DNA from: Trichoplax sp. H2
Taxonomy: Eukaryota
Length of the DNA: 64,000 bases
Reading direction: 5' to 3'
Assembly (NCBI GenBank): GCA_003344405.1
Contig: NOWV01000155.1
Coordinates: forward strand, 1 to 64,000
Shown here: positions 1 through 14,290 of the stretch, in pieces
Position numbering within the stretch: position 1 is the stretch's first letter
Layout: every line of letters begins with the position of its first letter
Position numbers and translations under genes: made by a program
Notes under the pieces: generated by a model
What the model was told of the DNA's origin: nothing
Databases searched by the model: none
Seen by the model: only the letters and a program-made list of their open reading frames with translations

Positions 1-64
1 CAAGTAACGATATCTGCACTATCACAAACACTTTTGTTCTACTAGCAGACTACACAAAGACTTA

Positions 65-400
65 AACGCCTCGTATTTTACGTTAAACACCAAGTTGGAG
101 AATTCATTTTATTTCACGATATACTGCATTTATATGCTACTCCTCAATAGTTCATAAGTCATAGTTAATACAATTAACATTAGAATCATTTACTGAATTA
201 GATATTAATTTTAGCTACTGCTCCCTTAATGCAGACAACAGTATTTACGAACATAGACATGTAATGACTAATACAGAATAGTCAGATTACGATATGTCCT
301 ATCACGGAACATTTCCATGATAATTTACAGTCTACCATAAGTAAATTACAATCACAATGATTCGAATTGTAAGTAGATGATTTGCATTCCCTATTATAAC
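65..400 (+). repeat. Dispersed repeat copy (segment Z), homologous to the reverse complement of ~14037-14290
   Basis: acgcct..att.tac.ttaaac, agtc.ga.tac.atatgtcc..tcac.gaa.catttc and attcc.tatt.taa are shared collinearly. Confidence 0.7.
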
Positions 401-3168
401 TATTAATTTCAGTATGTGTATAAGTGTCACTGTCATAAAAAGTCAGAGCTATATTAAAACACAGTATATCCAAATTAGAAGTTAACTAAATAAGGATAGT
501 CTAACAGAATTATCCTAACATAGTTATTTCTACTGTAATACAGTATGTAACACTGTAACATACTCATATGCTAATATTTCAAAATTAAATCAAAATAAAT
601 GAATTATTCCGTCTCTTAAGAATATCAAATCAATTTAATTTCAGCCCTGAATCTTATAGCAATTACTAGAAACATTTAATAGAAATGACTGAAGACTTCG
701 TAAATTTTATTAAAGATAGAACTTCCCTGTAGTAGCAAAATGTGTCACTATGTTTTCACTATTAGCATTTACTTAGTATAGCAGATAAAAATCGTTTTCC
801 CTTAAACTTCCAGCACTTTTGCTTCCGTATATAGTCTACATCTTGCTGCATTTGCCGGTCTTTTTCACCTAAATGAGTACTTTACAAATACACTATGGGA
901 AATTACTAGTGTTGTAATTATATCTGCGCAGCAATAGCATTATAATTATAGCTAGTAGGAGTATTACGATTGTCAGTACGAAGACTGATTTTATCAATGA
1001 CATTAAATTAACCTCGTTATTCTTAACAGTAATAATCGTGAATTGTAATAATAGTGACTCTATATACCTTAAATAGTGATTTTATTTCCATCCATTATCG
1101 TAATAGAACTTCCGTAATAATGGTAATGAGTCTAAAAATCGTTTTTTAATTTTTATATCTACCATAAATCGTTATTTTCATATATAAGCTAGTATTAAGT
1201 TGCATCTTTATTACATGAAGAATAATTACAAAGTTACTAAGCATCAATCTTCCATTCCAAAACTCCTTTTGTGATATTAAGATATCCTCTTCAGAGTGTT
1301 AGAGGTTCCTAAAAAAATTATCAAAGGGGTTTCCATTGTCAGTACCTAGTACTAAAGTGCGTATTTCAGACATTCAAACTGAATTAGAAATTTGTCATTT
1401 TAAACGCAATTAACTATAATACCAAGCTTTTTAATAGTTTAGACAGAAATAAACATTATAGACTCACTTTTAGATATATGATATATGATATACACCGTAC
1501 TGTAGGTAGGAGGAGTCTTTCTAAATAAAAAATCGATCTTGATTAAGTTATCAAAAAATACTTCAAGTTTATTGCTGATATGAACAAGCATTTTATTTTC
1601 AATACGAAATAATATTGTAAATTTATAGTTTTGTTCGGCATACGATGGTGATAGGTATCAGAACATAACATGAAAGTACTTATTTCGGAATGAACATGAA
1701 TTAGTTTCTAGTCGGCTGCTAGCAAGCATCTTTATTCATCTCAGTATTTCAAATTTTAAATAATTCAACCAGACTCGCTACGTCTACATCCTTTTTAATT
1801 TTAGCCTAGATATTTTTGTTACTTTCTTGATATTATATGGGACAAAAAACTATTTATTAATCATTTTTTATATAATTTATAAGAGACGAAATAGTATTAG
1901 CTGATTTCTTTCAGCTAGTGCCCACTCTCATTGAGCAATTTATTATAATTCTCTGCCATGCAACGATCCTTTTATTTACCTCATCTCATGATAAACAAGC
2001 ATTATAATACAAATGCTAATAGGTCATCTGTGGCACGTAAATATACATTTCTAAAGAAATAAATCCATGAATAGAAAGTAAAATACAAGGATCAGGTCGT
2101 TATGCAATCTCTTGTCCAATCATCCAAGACACCTTTAATCTTTATTGCTCTTAGTCAGTTAATTTGACAACATCCTTTTAATTCCTATTGCTATCGGCAA
2201 TAACTGTACCTTACGAAATCTTAGAGCTTGCTTTGGAATACGTTTACTTCCTGTTACCTTATCTTTTCCATTATCGTCATTAGAAATAGCTTCTAAAATA
2301 GTATCTTCTGCACGTTCCTTTTCCGCATTCCATGCTTTAGTACAAAAGAAGGCATTTAACCTCATTGTCTTGCTTTGAAAATCGATGTTATCCTAGCTAT
2401 AGTAAATCGTTTTAAACTATTAACTTCACTTCAAAACATCATTTTAAATGTTATATTTTAAAATCTAGCTCTAATAGCTAAGTGAAACTATATTATAACA
2501 CACATATATTAAATGTTTAGTAGAAGCATATCGATTATTTGCTAAGTATAAACTTGATTGATAAAAAGTCACTTCTTCAATTACCATCATGGCGCGCTAA
2601 AGCTCCAATGTTGTGTGTTTTACTTCAGTTGGCATGGAGACATTCTATCATTCGATGCCCTTCTGTTTATCAAAAAATCATCACGGATACTGATAACTAT
2701 GGCACTATCCTCAACCATAATGCTTTCCTTTCTTTTCGTGTAACTACAAATATATTTCCTATTGCTATATTAACTACCGCATTGCAGTAATTTTACCTCA
2801 CACAAAAATTTACTGCCTCAATAATTGTGCCACCCTAACCTTATTTTTTTATGGCATCGTGACGTAACGATTTGTTTTAATCTTATTATGTCTTAATTCA
2901 TCAAAGTAATATTTTTTTACTTTAATAGCGTAGTATTTCTTTAAATTGATACTATATAGCATCATAAGTGTCTTTAGAGGACTGTGACGCCTGTCTGAGC
3001 GTCCTAAAGCATAGACTAGCATATAGCAGATCAATAGTCATAATTATTCCTTGCTAAGGACGGATGAGGGGATAATATAGCAACAATGTAATACTCTAAG
3101 AGCCTGTGATATATACCAATCACGAAATTCCAATCTTTAGAAAAATAAGGGCTTTATTGAATCATATG

Positions 3169-3654
3169 CAAAGATTAACTACACACAGCTCTACTCTAGC
3201 CGAATACTACTTCTAAAGACTTCTACAACGAACTAACAGAATAATCTAAAGTTGCATGCTTTATACTTTTCGTAGCATTCGCAGCTACAATCCGTATGGC
3301 AACCTTTTACCTTATATTACACTTAGTTAAATTATTCTTAGTAAGACTATTCTACTGCGGACCATCATTAATCCAATATGGATACGACTACAGTACTTAC
3401 GTAGACATTATTCACACCAGCCAAAGTACAATGAATTAACTATATCCTAATATATGATTTACAGTTCTATTTTTACCTATAGCCTTATTAGTAACTCAAC
3501 CCCTTACTGTATATAGTCATTTGTACTCTAGCATAAAGTCTATACCACTACAGTCTATAGTTATGGCTACCAAATATCTCTTAGGATAAAAATCTACCGT
3601 GCATTATACTAAACATGGCTAACAGTCTACAATCACAATACTAGTTACATTACA
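3169..3654 (+). repeat. Dispersed repeat copy (segment X), homologous to 36771-37285
   Basis: Shared collinear blocks: cacagctYtactctagcYgaatac, gtagcMttcgcagctacaatc, ccttactgtatat, tactctagcata, atactaaacatggctaaYagtctacaatcacaatacta. Confidence 0.9.
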
Positions 3655-5264
3655 GAGCCTTTGCATGATTGTTTTTCATATTCATATATAGCATTAGCTA
3701 TGCATTATTGCTATTACTTCAATCATTATTACACATCAAAAGGAGCCTTTATCTAATCCATTTCCAAAATAGCGGCAAGTAATATTTTATTTATTACCAT
3801 ACAAGATAGAGATAAGCGGATCTGAATATGAGTCTTAATTTCTTCACTTATATTGACTCTCTGCAATCGTAGCTGACATTAAATGCTTTAATCATGCCAT
3901 ATGAAGTAACGTAGACAAAATATCGCGCTAGCATTTATTCAATTACCTGGTAACTTGTGGTAGTTTTATATAGCAATGCATCTTCATATCGTTGTCGGCT
4001 TTGCTGATTGCAAATAAGGGCCATGATATGGATTAAAAATCGCAAAAACGAATACTCTAAGTTAATTTAAAGCCATTCATCAAGTGGCCTACAGGTTGAT
4101 AGAAACTTATTATTCTGTTGTTAGAGCTAAATACTAATCAAATAGTAAAGCCTATCGAAGACTTCATTTATAATCAGACAAATATAAACACTTGCTAATG
4201 AAGTGTACAAAGTAAAACCACTACGAGAACCTCTTTCATCCTTCATAATATATATATTACCGTAATGTAAGCAATATTATATATATATATACATTACCTG
4301 ATGTTCCATACGTTAATGCATGATAAACGTGGAAAGAAAATCTGACTTCACATTATTTATTCTATTTTCATTTACTTTATAGAAAAAATTTCATAGAATA
4401 TTAATAAAAGGTGCCAGAATGTAGTATGAAACTAATACTATAAAATTGTCACATTCGCATGCTAAATAGTATTATCGCTAAAATAATTGGACCATATAGA
4501 ATCCCCTGTAGCATATCTAATTTAGACGATAGCTTAGAGCGTAACTACAGTTATACTAACGAATAAAAATATCAGATCACACGATTTAAATGAATTATAC
4601 AGTGTTAGCAGTAACTTCATACGTTACTGAAGTACCAGCAACAGACCTCAGTAAACCCATTGAAAACAAGTTAAGCATGTCAGCGTACCCTCCATATATA
4701 TAAGCAAGACTGCTTAAGGAGAAACTGAATTTAATCAAATAAGAACTGTAAAGTCGATAAAATCCATAAGGTCGCTATCATTTCAGATCCCGATAAGATA
4801 TTATCCTAAAAGTAGTCCTAGTCTACCTTATATCAATGATATTTCGTTGCATTATATTTTGAGACCACTAAATTCAATCTCTTTAGTTACTATATTATGG
4901 ACCCTATGGTCATACAATCTTACGATATACGACAATTTAGTATTCTATTTAGGTTTCAAATGCATATTCATACTATGAAATATTCACATTATGGTAGCTA
5001 TGCTTAATTCAAACGCAGTTTCGTAAAAGTACAGTAATATATTATTTCTGATTATAATTATACCAAGATCAATGATATAAAGTAGCTTCTAGTATTACGT
5101 AATGCAGCGGACGTTATCATCATACTGAGTGATAAATTTTAGAGTATGCTTTTAAGAAATTGAAATAACGTTAATAAATTCTTCTTTACACGAGATTATA
5201 GTAGTACCGAATACATATGTAATAATAGTAGCTTTACTAATACCTACTCACTATGAAGCATCAG

Positions 5265-5815
5265 TATTCTAGAACTTGAGCTATCGGTGTCATAATTCTA
5301 AAGTACTGCCTTTCAAACACTACCAATTAAAGAAAAATTGGCTAAACCTGACACACCTTTCAGTTATTACCCATGCTACCAACAAAGGTGCTTCGGATTA
5401 GTTTATTGTCGTTATTTAAGAATACCAGACACATAATTGCCTCAACTACTCTTGCAATACAAGAAATAGCATAGTAATAATAGTAAATTTTTACTTTTAT
5501 CCCCAAAACTTTTTCCCTAGCCTTTGCTATAGTATCTAGAATTTTACAAAGTATGCACTAATGCATAACACAGTATAACGTAACATTTATTCTTTATTGA
5601 TCATTATCCCTCTCATATACTTATCATTCGTTGTAAACATATTTGTTACGCTATCAGCATGTTTTTTAATAACAGTATTGTTACGATTAAGTTAGCATAT
5701 ACGGATACTTAAAGTAATAAACGATTTCACACATACGTTTATCTTGATTACGAGCTATTTCTAGTTTCTATATTTCTGATATCTATCTGAGATATATTAC
5801 TATCCTGTCATAATG
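5265..5815 (+). repeat. Dispersed repeat copy (segment Y), homologous to the reverse complement of ~36110-36750
   Basis: Collinear shared blocks ttcagtta..acca..aaaggtgc, gcc.caactac, ttccctagcct, tttattgat, taaacatattt..tacgctatca, gattaa.tta.ca.atac. Boundaries are approximate. Confidence 0.8.
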
Positions 5816-8529
5816 TTATCGTGAAGTATAAATCTATTTCTTAGCTATTTTTCTTACTGTGACAATACTTTATATATCCATTGATGTCATAATTTCCTTA
5901 CCCTAGTCAATAAAATAAATATGAGATCATGACATTAATTAACCAGGAAGTAAACAATTATTATAAGTTAACTTCGAAAAACAGGATGTTCTTTCATTGA
6001 AGAAATTGCGAAGACAACATCTTAGAACGCTAATGCTAATTTCAGGAACCCATTTTTAACCTATCATACGTCTATTTATCTGCTACGAGTTATCAAAAGA
6101 TTACTGGCAATAAAATAATTATAAAAGATAGCCTGTATAAATTAAATGATCTCATTAATATAGCTACCTCACTTCAGAAATTTAAATCGCTTCAGCTTTT
6201 AAATTGACTTCTCAAATACAAAGCATTTATGAAAATACGGCTATAATCATGATAGCTTAAATCCGCCAGTTGCTACACGGTCAGTGGTACATATAATTAT
6301 AGAAAATTTATAACAGGCTACTACGAGACTGTTAAAAATAGTTAGATATAGAATAAAAGCATTGTATCAACAACATTCTAGAATATTTACAATTTGTCTT
6401 TTTGCTTCCCATTCTCGCTTAAAATTACCCTGATTAGAAGCCATAACACAATGCAACAGATTGCAAAGTAACAATACAGTAATGCATGCCCCACATAGTG
6501 ACTAATGCCAAAAATATTTCCATAAAAATTATATTATAGAATTATTAAGAATAGGAAAATTGAATCTAGTTTTAAACTATATATATGTATTAATAATATT
6601 TATAACTTGATTAATTATCTTCTAAGGTAAGATAGGTTACTTCAGCGCATGAAAATTTATAGGAATGGCTAATATTTATAGAAATAATTTATAATTTTTG
6701 TTTAGATTAAACTTGAAGTAACGATATATTATAAATATATATTCAACATGACATTTAATAAGTCGATTTCTGATTTTTAATCTCATTACTAAGGTATAAG
6801 TTCGAATTTCATCCGTAACAGATATCATGATAACTTGTATTTACCACTTAAAATTGCTTTTAGTTGCAAAGTGAATATTTGCCTATAAGAAAAATGATTC
6901 ACCATATACGTGTTTTAAATTTTAGTTCATCCTCTTTAGCACTACAGTAAATCTATATTTCTTACCATTTAGTATAAATACCTTAGCCTTCACCTCTTGC
7001 GATTCCTATTCTTCCGCACTTACAAATTCATCGCCTAATTTATCTCCAAACCACTATCTGAATACAATCATATCATAAATGTGTTTAACTATTCATGCCA
7101 ATTATAAATTAATATTACCAATAGCATGCATCACTTTTGCCACTACTCATTGAGTTCCTTTCAAAACACAATCATAGCAATCGAAATGTAATAAGATCAA
7201 TAGCTACAATTACTCTAATTTCCATCTATTGAACAAATACAATATTAATCTACGGACTTTTTAAGCATGAGGCGAAACGTAAGATTAAACTTATTGCTTG
7301 CTTAGGCTATAATATACATATCAACTTATACACCCGCACAAAATTAAGAAAGTAAAGCTTATCCGTTTGTTATAACTTTTTCAACACGACAAATTTAGAA
7401 GTTAAAATCCATACCATCCCGATTTTTTAAAAGGAACAGAAAATGATTAGGCACTTCAATTTATCCAATATCACGATAGCTTTCAATGCCATACAATTGC
7501 GACTGTCGTTAATAATTCCAACATGAATAGATTTAGGCCTACTAGTAGGATAGTTTATAACTGGTACATTAATAAGGAATGTGTTCATCTGCTAATCGTT
7601 GACTGAGTATCTACACTCATCATGCTTATTGTAAAATTTATCATTTCTTTAGCTTTATGTAGCTCGAAAGTACATTAAAAGCTGGTAAGTTCTAACATGT
7701 GACTGCTTCTATACATTTAAATAATGTCAAACAATATAAATTAAAAGCGTACCAGTTACGTTATCGTTAGCATTTATCTGTATACCTATATGAAATCCTC
7801 CTTATAAAGTGTTTGCCAATCAGCAACTAGCACGAATACTACTATGAAACTATGCATTTATATCCTGCTATTACAGAAAAGTTAAAATAACACCGTCCAT
7901 TTCCCAGATATATCTTACAAGTATCGAGAAAATTTACTGTAATTATTTTTAAAACACCTTGGCTGTCCTATGTTGGCAAATATCTTATAGATTTCCATCT
8001 TTAGCTCATATGAAAAGTAAAAGTACCTAAAATAAAGCTTTCTATTTTAATATTGTATTATTTAACGAGTAGATTAATTCTGAATTAGATTTTTGGCGAA
8101 ATTATAGAATGTAATAATCTAATGCTAGTTAAATGAATATTCTAAGCCATCCAACTACGAAACTGCAAAAATTGCGGAAACAACTCTACACCGGTAGCTT
8201 TTCCATGTTTAATCATCATCATTCAGTAACCCCATATTGCACTGTTGTTCCTCTTACCTATCTTTACCTTAAATTCAATTCACTGTTAAGAAATTATAAT
8301 CATTTCAAATCATCAGGGTAATAAATTCATGTGCAAGAAATAATATTTATATTAAAGGCTAATAACGATCTATTTTCACGTTGCTAATGAAAATTTCTTT
8401 CCATTATCCGATATTACGTAAGATCGTTTTATTTTATTATTGTAAAATGCAATAATATTAATCTAGGATAGTAGTAATGTGTTGCTTTAAATGAATTGAC
8501 TAATATTAGGGGGAAAATAATTACATCTA

Positions 8530-8570
8530 GCGCGGCGGGTTATTAACTTAATAGTTCTATATGACGTCAT
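8530..8570 (+). promoter_or_regulatory. Candidate proximal promoter of the distal ETS first exon: GC-rich element and palindromic CRE
   Basis: GCGCGGCGGG at 8530-8539 and ATGACGTCAT at 8561-8570 in very AT-rich DNA, ~110 nt upstream of ATG 8679. Confidence 0.45.
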
Positions 8571-8678
8571 AATTCTAATTTAATAACCATACTATGTTCC
8601 ATTTATAATGCAATAGTACCTGGAAAACTGGATCAATCATCCTTTTACTATCCCATCAAATCACCATTACTTTGGCTA

Positions 8679-8736
8679 ATGTCGGAAAACGAAACTAAAA
8701 GACCACCACCAAACCTTGGCATGCCTATGCCATCAG
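8679..8736 (+). CDS. Probable first coding exon of the ETS transcription factor (MSENETKRPPPNLGMPMPS-)
   Basis: ATG at 8679, a Pro-rich peptide and a perfect donor CAG|GTAAGT at 8736/8737 in phase 1, matching the phase-1 acceptors downstream. A CRE and a GC-rich element lie just upstream. The frame is also open back to a possible acceptor (caatag|TA) at 8617. The link to the ETS exons is inferred. Confidence 0.55.
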
Positions 8737-11700
8737 GTAAGTCTTGCTTAAAGCCAGCAAATAGTTGGCTTAATACAAGAGCAGAAACGTTGAAAATTTT
8801 TTAATTTTTAATTACCTATATAAGCAAAGAGGCTACTGAGAGAGAATGTAAACCAAACCTAATGAAGCTGACACTCTTATTTAATTATTACATTATTTTA
8901 TCACTTTTGAGACGACACATAGAATTTATTTTAACTACAACCTACATTGCAGCTAATTCTAAGGATTAAAAGTAAAAATTGAATACATAAATCTAAGATT
9001 TAGATCTAATTATGTTGCAATTAACCTTTCGATGACAAAAAATCATCTCCTCCTCTTGTTTAACATTAACGCTACACGACTGTCTGTTATATAGCATAAC
9101 ATACATTGAAATTTGAGTGAAGAACTCAAATTATAAAAGATTCAGCAAAAACTATTGGTGGAAAACATACTACTCGACTTTACCACTAGTACCTGTTGGC
9201 TTTGATCCCTAATAGATAAATGAAGTATTTTATCTAGCCATTAGTAAGAGCTTACAATCCAACGCATTAATGTCTACAAATTCAAGGAGATAAATATTGA
9301 TCGGCAATTGGCCTAAATTTAACCATTACCGACTAGCAAGAGCTATGACATATTGTAGCTTTTATTAAAACTGCTTTAAATCATATAAACATTTAAATTT
9401 ATACGTTTTACACACTTAATGCTGATATCTGAACAAGAATTAAACTTTATCTTTAATAACTTAAAATTATTGAAGCAATGAATAATTAATCATCGTTAGT
9501 GACCTCACTTAAATTGCATTTGCAACTGTATCACTTTATTATGCTCGATGACCATTAATTTTGCAGCTATAATTAGTAAATTTTAAAATATGATTTAGAA
9601 ATCTAATTGCCTCCCTTGATTAGACTGTATAAAACCCACGTAAACTACAGTAATTCTGCTTTTCTGCTTCTAGCATTTGTAATTCAGTAATTATAAGATT
9701 GTTTAACAAAAATCTATCGTAAACAGCTACTGCAGATAATCAAAATTTTACCATAACAATATAAATTCAGATCAGTAGCTGCTTTTTGGTAACATCATAC
9801 CAATCCACTCTTTATTTCCATTTGGAATAAAAAATGATATAAGTTAACTTCGTGTCTGTTATCGTAACGATCAAAGATATTTTTTTAGACGCATAGCAAC
9901 TTGGTAATATAAATCATGATTTGCGTTCACGACCATTTCTTTTAATTAAAATAGTTATGAAGAGAACTTCTATTCTTGAGTAAGGATTGCAAAAATCTCG
10001 ATATGATCAGTGGCAACATTAACAAGTATCTTGCCATTAACCATGAACTTGAAATCAATTCTTACGGCGTTATAGTAGGTTAAGATTATTATATATTTGA
10101 TGATATACAAGGGTGGAAGGATTTGTAGATACTAGCTTCTATTCTCTTACAGCCGAAAATTTTAATTTCGATATGACAACTTTAGATAACAACTGGAGAT
10201 AATGACGATGGTGTTGGAATGGTAAAAGCGCCGTTCATTACGTTTAACATACCAATTGTATATGGGATAACCGATAAAAAGAATATCAATTATGATACCA
10301 TTACTGATGCATTCGATATCAGAAATAATACTGACGACGGCACTACTGATTATAATAATGTAAAATTGATAGTAAGTTTGCAATAATACCGGGTATCTTA
10401 CCAATTATAACTGATAGTAAGTCTCCTGCTCAAATGAATATTTAAAAAAGTACTATCAATGATTTCATAGTTAAACAGAGATCGCTTTAGTATTGATATA
10501 CTGATAAAATGAAAGCAATGAATAAATATAAACTAAAAGTCAACATTTTCGATTTCCTGATACATTGATCTAACCATTTTACTATAGTAACTTAATAGTA
10601 ATATTTATGAAAGGAATAGAATTAAGCCTCCTTTAGTCGCATTCTTAAGTCATCATTCATCCAATAGGCTAATCAAATAACTACCGCTATCAAATCAAAG
10701 TAATTTATCGAAAGTGGCCTATAAAATGCACAATAGAATAGCAAACGGAACTTAGTAAAACAAACTTCCATAAGGACTTTTTAAATGTAAATTACATTTC
10801 AATAACTAGATAACCCTATTCTGTTTTATTAGTATCCATAATTATATTTAACTAATCTTATCGGCATAATCGGCATAATCGTCACGATTATTCCAGGAAT
10901 CTTTCTCAACAGGACTTCCCTGGTGCAGTCTTACTCTTTGATAGACTCGATTATTTTACACAATGATAATTATATCTACCCAGATTTGATCGGAAAACCA
11001 TTATACAATTACAATTACCCAATGATAAATCATCCAGAAAGATATTTACCAACGGCTTGAAGGCTTTAAGCAATCTAAAATGGGTATAAAGAATAATCTA
11101 TCGATAATATTAAGTATCAAGCTTATAGAATTTTCTAAAAGAATAAAATCAAATTCTAATGGCTATACTTAAAATTAAATTCTCAGATTGGATAAAACTT
11201 TGTGATGTACGAGCAAGCTAACACATCATAACCTTAACACAATTAAGTCGTTGTTGAAAATTTATGGTTTCGACAAATGTTTAGTTGGTAATACAAAACA
11301 CTAAGCTTTTCTACTGTCATTCAGCCGGAATTATTAAGAATTAATTGCTAACTTCGAGATTTTAGCATTCATTCGGCACTACTAACCATAACAGAGTATT
11401 GTAACCTTGATATCTGAAGTCTCATAGATACATTTTTCCCTCCCTAGCAAAACCTCATTTTTTCTTTATTTAAATATACCAGGTACCGAGGTAGGCTTTA
11501 ATCTTTCTTATCTGAAACGCAACTTATCCTAATTTCTAAGACAATGTATTGCCATTCATTCATTCTTTTACCTGCCAATTCTGAAGTAAAAATAACTACA
11601 GAATAAATATGAAAATAGATTCATCTTTTAGTATAAAATTTCGGTTAGCTTCTAACCTACTGTATAAAGTCTAATTTTGAATTGGTACTTAAAAATTATC

Positions 11701-12428
11701 ATTTTTAGTAGCGTAATCATCGCAAAGTATCGATCACTCCTTGAATTATACCGGTACTCATTATGTCCTTCCTACTATGTAATTATCACAAAGTTGGGCG
11801 ATTAAATACATGGTGTTCAATTTGATAATTAATTGTTTCTATTCAACAACCGACTATAGGAATGATGATAATATCCCGACTCATTATTCTTTCCATTTCC
11901 TATTGCTTTTAACTTTATTATGGTCAAAGTAATTGCAGATAGCAGAAATGTCCCCTTCTTATTCAATAATACTTATTACTGAAGCAAAAAAATCCTAAAC
12001 ACTGAACAGCATCTCATTCTTTATCAGCTACTGTGCTAAAATTTGGTAAAGAGCACTAGATAAAATAAGAAAAAGTTCAACTTTATCCAAAAACATTACA
12101 TCAATAATTCTTATCAAAGCTGATTAATTGATATCAAACAAAAGATGTGAGCAGCAATCGTTTGTAATTAATCAACTCAATTGGATACGGTTGATTGAAT
12201 ACCCAATCATATCTATTTCGTTTAATCATGTTTACTTTGACAAATTTTAATATTAGGTTTCATCCTGGCATTGTTATTAATCATCGTTTATTTTTACTTT
12301 ATCTAGAGAATAGTTCGTCATATAGCTGATCGAGAGCTAAAATGAATATCGATCATAGATAGCCGCTTGATGCTTTTAAGGCACATACAATATAATAGCT
12401 CACTGGAATAAATACCTTATTTTAGTTT

Positions 12429-12851
12429 ACTTCCGTAGCTAATAAATAATTATCAGTAAAATTATAAAATAATAAAATCATGATAATCATTCAATTGTAG
12501 TCAAAAGCTATTCTATTTCTCATCTATTATGCAGTTATTATTTACCCCTCACTTCCTTCGCTCGCTTCTAACTATTAATAGCCACTTCCTCTAGAACAAA
12601 CCAAAGAGTATGACTATTTATCCATTTCTTCATAGCTTCCTTTGATTACTAAGCCATCAAAAACAATTTTGTAATCTCGGTTATTTATTATTATCTATTG
12701 AGCTATATTTGATCTTATTAATATCTATATGAAAAGGCTAAGACTGCATTCATGTTGGTTAGCGTGATTGATTCTAAAGACAGTTTCAATGCCATTGTTG
12801 ATCGCTATCTTCCTGTTTTTAACCGACTCATTGATTGACAAGGCACTTCCA
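12429..12851. promoter_or_regulatory. Second intronic cluster of ETS-like motifs
   Basis: ACTTCCGT 12429, CACTTCCTT 12550, CACTTCCTCT 12583, ATCTTCCTGTTTTT 12807, CACTTCCA 12844, all in the same orientation. Confidence 0.35.
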
Positions 12852-14036
12852 TCTTTAAATTGAATTACTTTCAATTACTATTGATAGATCAAAATTCAAT
12901 CTAATATTTTTCTATAATAAGTTTGCAGTGATTACAAAAATACAATTCTTAGATTTTATGCAACTAATTCATATATCCTATTCAGTAAAAAAATTATAAA
13001 TAATTGGATATAGATAAAATTTTTCAAACAAACTTCAAGAAATATATCGCACTATAAGTATTACTGAGCATTTCTATAATTGATAGCAGATCAGTAATGT
13101 AGTAGTAATTGTGATAGGTTTGGTAACTTTTAATCATATGCGATAATATAGAGGTAAAATCAAAAGGCATTAATACATTATGTGCCTTAGCTATAAGTAG
13201 CTGCTAAAAATCGGCAGAAGAGGCAGATATTTCGCTGATGGTATTCTATAGCAGTGTCATGAATTTACGAACAGGTTACAGTTATCTTGTAGCTGATAAG
13301 TAAATTCGCTATTAACAACTGAACTGAAATATTTAATTTCAATGATCAATTTAATATCCTAAAACTAATAAATAGACAAATAATCTCGCTATAGGCCAGC
13401 AACAATGCACTCTATTAGATGATAATCACGCCTGTTGCAAATAGATTTAAATTTCTGCCATGGAATTTCATGGTCACGCCATATTAATTCAGATATATAC
13501 AAGAATAATGATGCCATAACATGCAGAGTATTACTTATCCTGAGTTTCTTAGTGTAATAGTATCACAACATATTAATTTCAATCTTTCCTAAGGAAAAAG
13601 GAAGAAAGAATATCTTAAAGTACCCACAGGTTCAATTTAACAACTTCCAATGTTATCTTATACTTTATGCAGCTGCAATACGGGTGCCCTTAGAACTACA
13701 AATTGTCATGCATGACAGCAAATACCACGACTTGATGATATCTAGCTACAAAATTCACTATTAATTTGGTAATATAGTCAAGAAGGAACTGAAAAATAAG
13801 CGAATAGGAACTTTATAGAGGCAATTATTTCGTATTTATGATCTTATATCACCACTTTTTATGCCAAAATTTCCTCAGTTACCCTATAATGTCTATTTTA
13901 AATAAAGCAAACACTATTTTATTTCCCTATATTGTCTCCTGTACTATGATTGTCATGGTGCGAACTACCGTGAAGAAATAGCTATCTAAATTTGGTTAAT
14001 ATAATATAGTGATAATATATTACAACTAGTTACTTA

Positions 14037-14290
14037 CAATAGGAATTACTCTAATTATAAATGTGTTACAGTAAATTTAATGCTGTGCTGTAATGTGCAC
14101 TGAAATGATTCTGTGAATGGACATATTGTAGTCCGACTGTGAAAAATTAGTTAGTAGATGTTCTCCTAAATATTTTTATAAGATGACTCGTGAATGTTAG
14201 CTACTATAGAAGGGTATATAAGCCCGTCAGATAGTTGAATGAAGTAGTTCTCAATTGTCAAGTTGAGTTTAATGTAGAATCAAAGGCGTC
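14037..14290 (-). repeat. Dispersed repeat copy (segment Z), inverted, inside the first large ETS intron
   Basis: The reverse complement aligns by eye to 65-400. Confidence 0.7.

Noticed and set aside
2539..2790. Overlapping ORFs of 83 and 61 aa
   Set aside because: Non-ATG starts, no recognisable domain and no clear splice partners.
8133..8321. 62-aa ATG ORF upstream of the ETS first exon
   Set aside because: Its possible donor (GG|GTAATA) is phase 2 and does not fit the phase-1 chain; no homology recognised.
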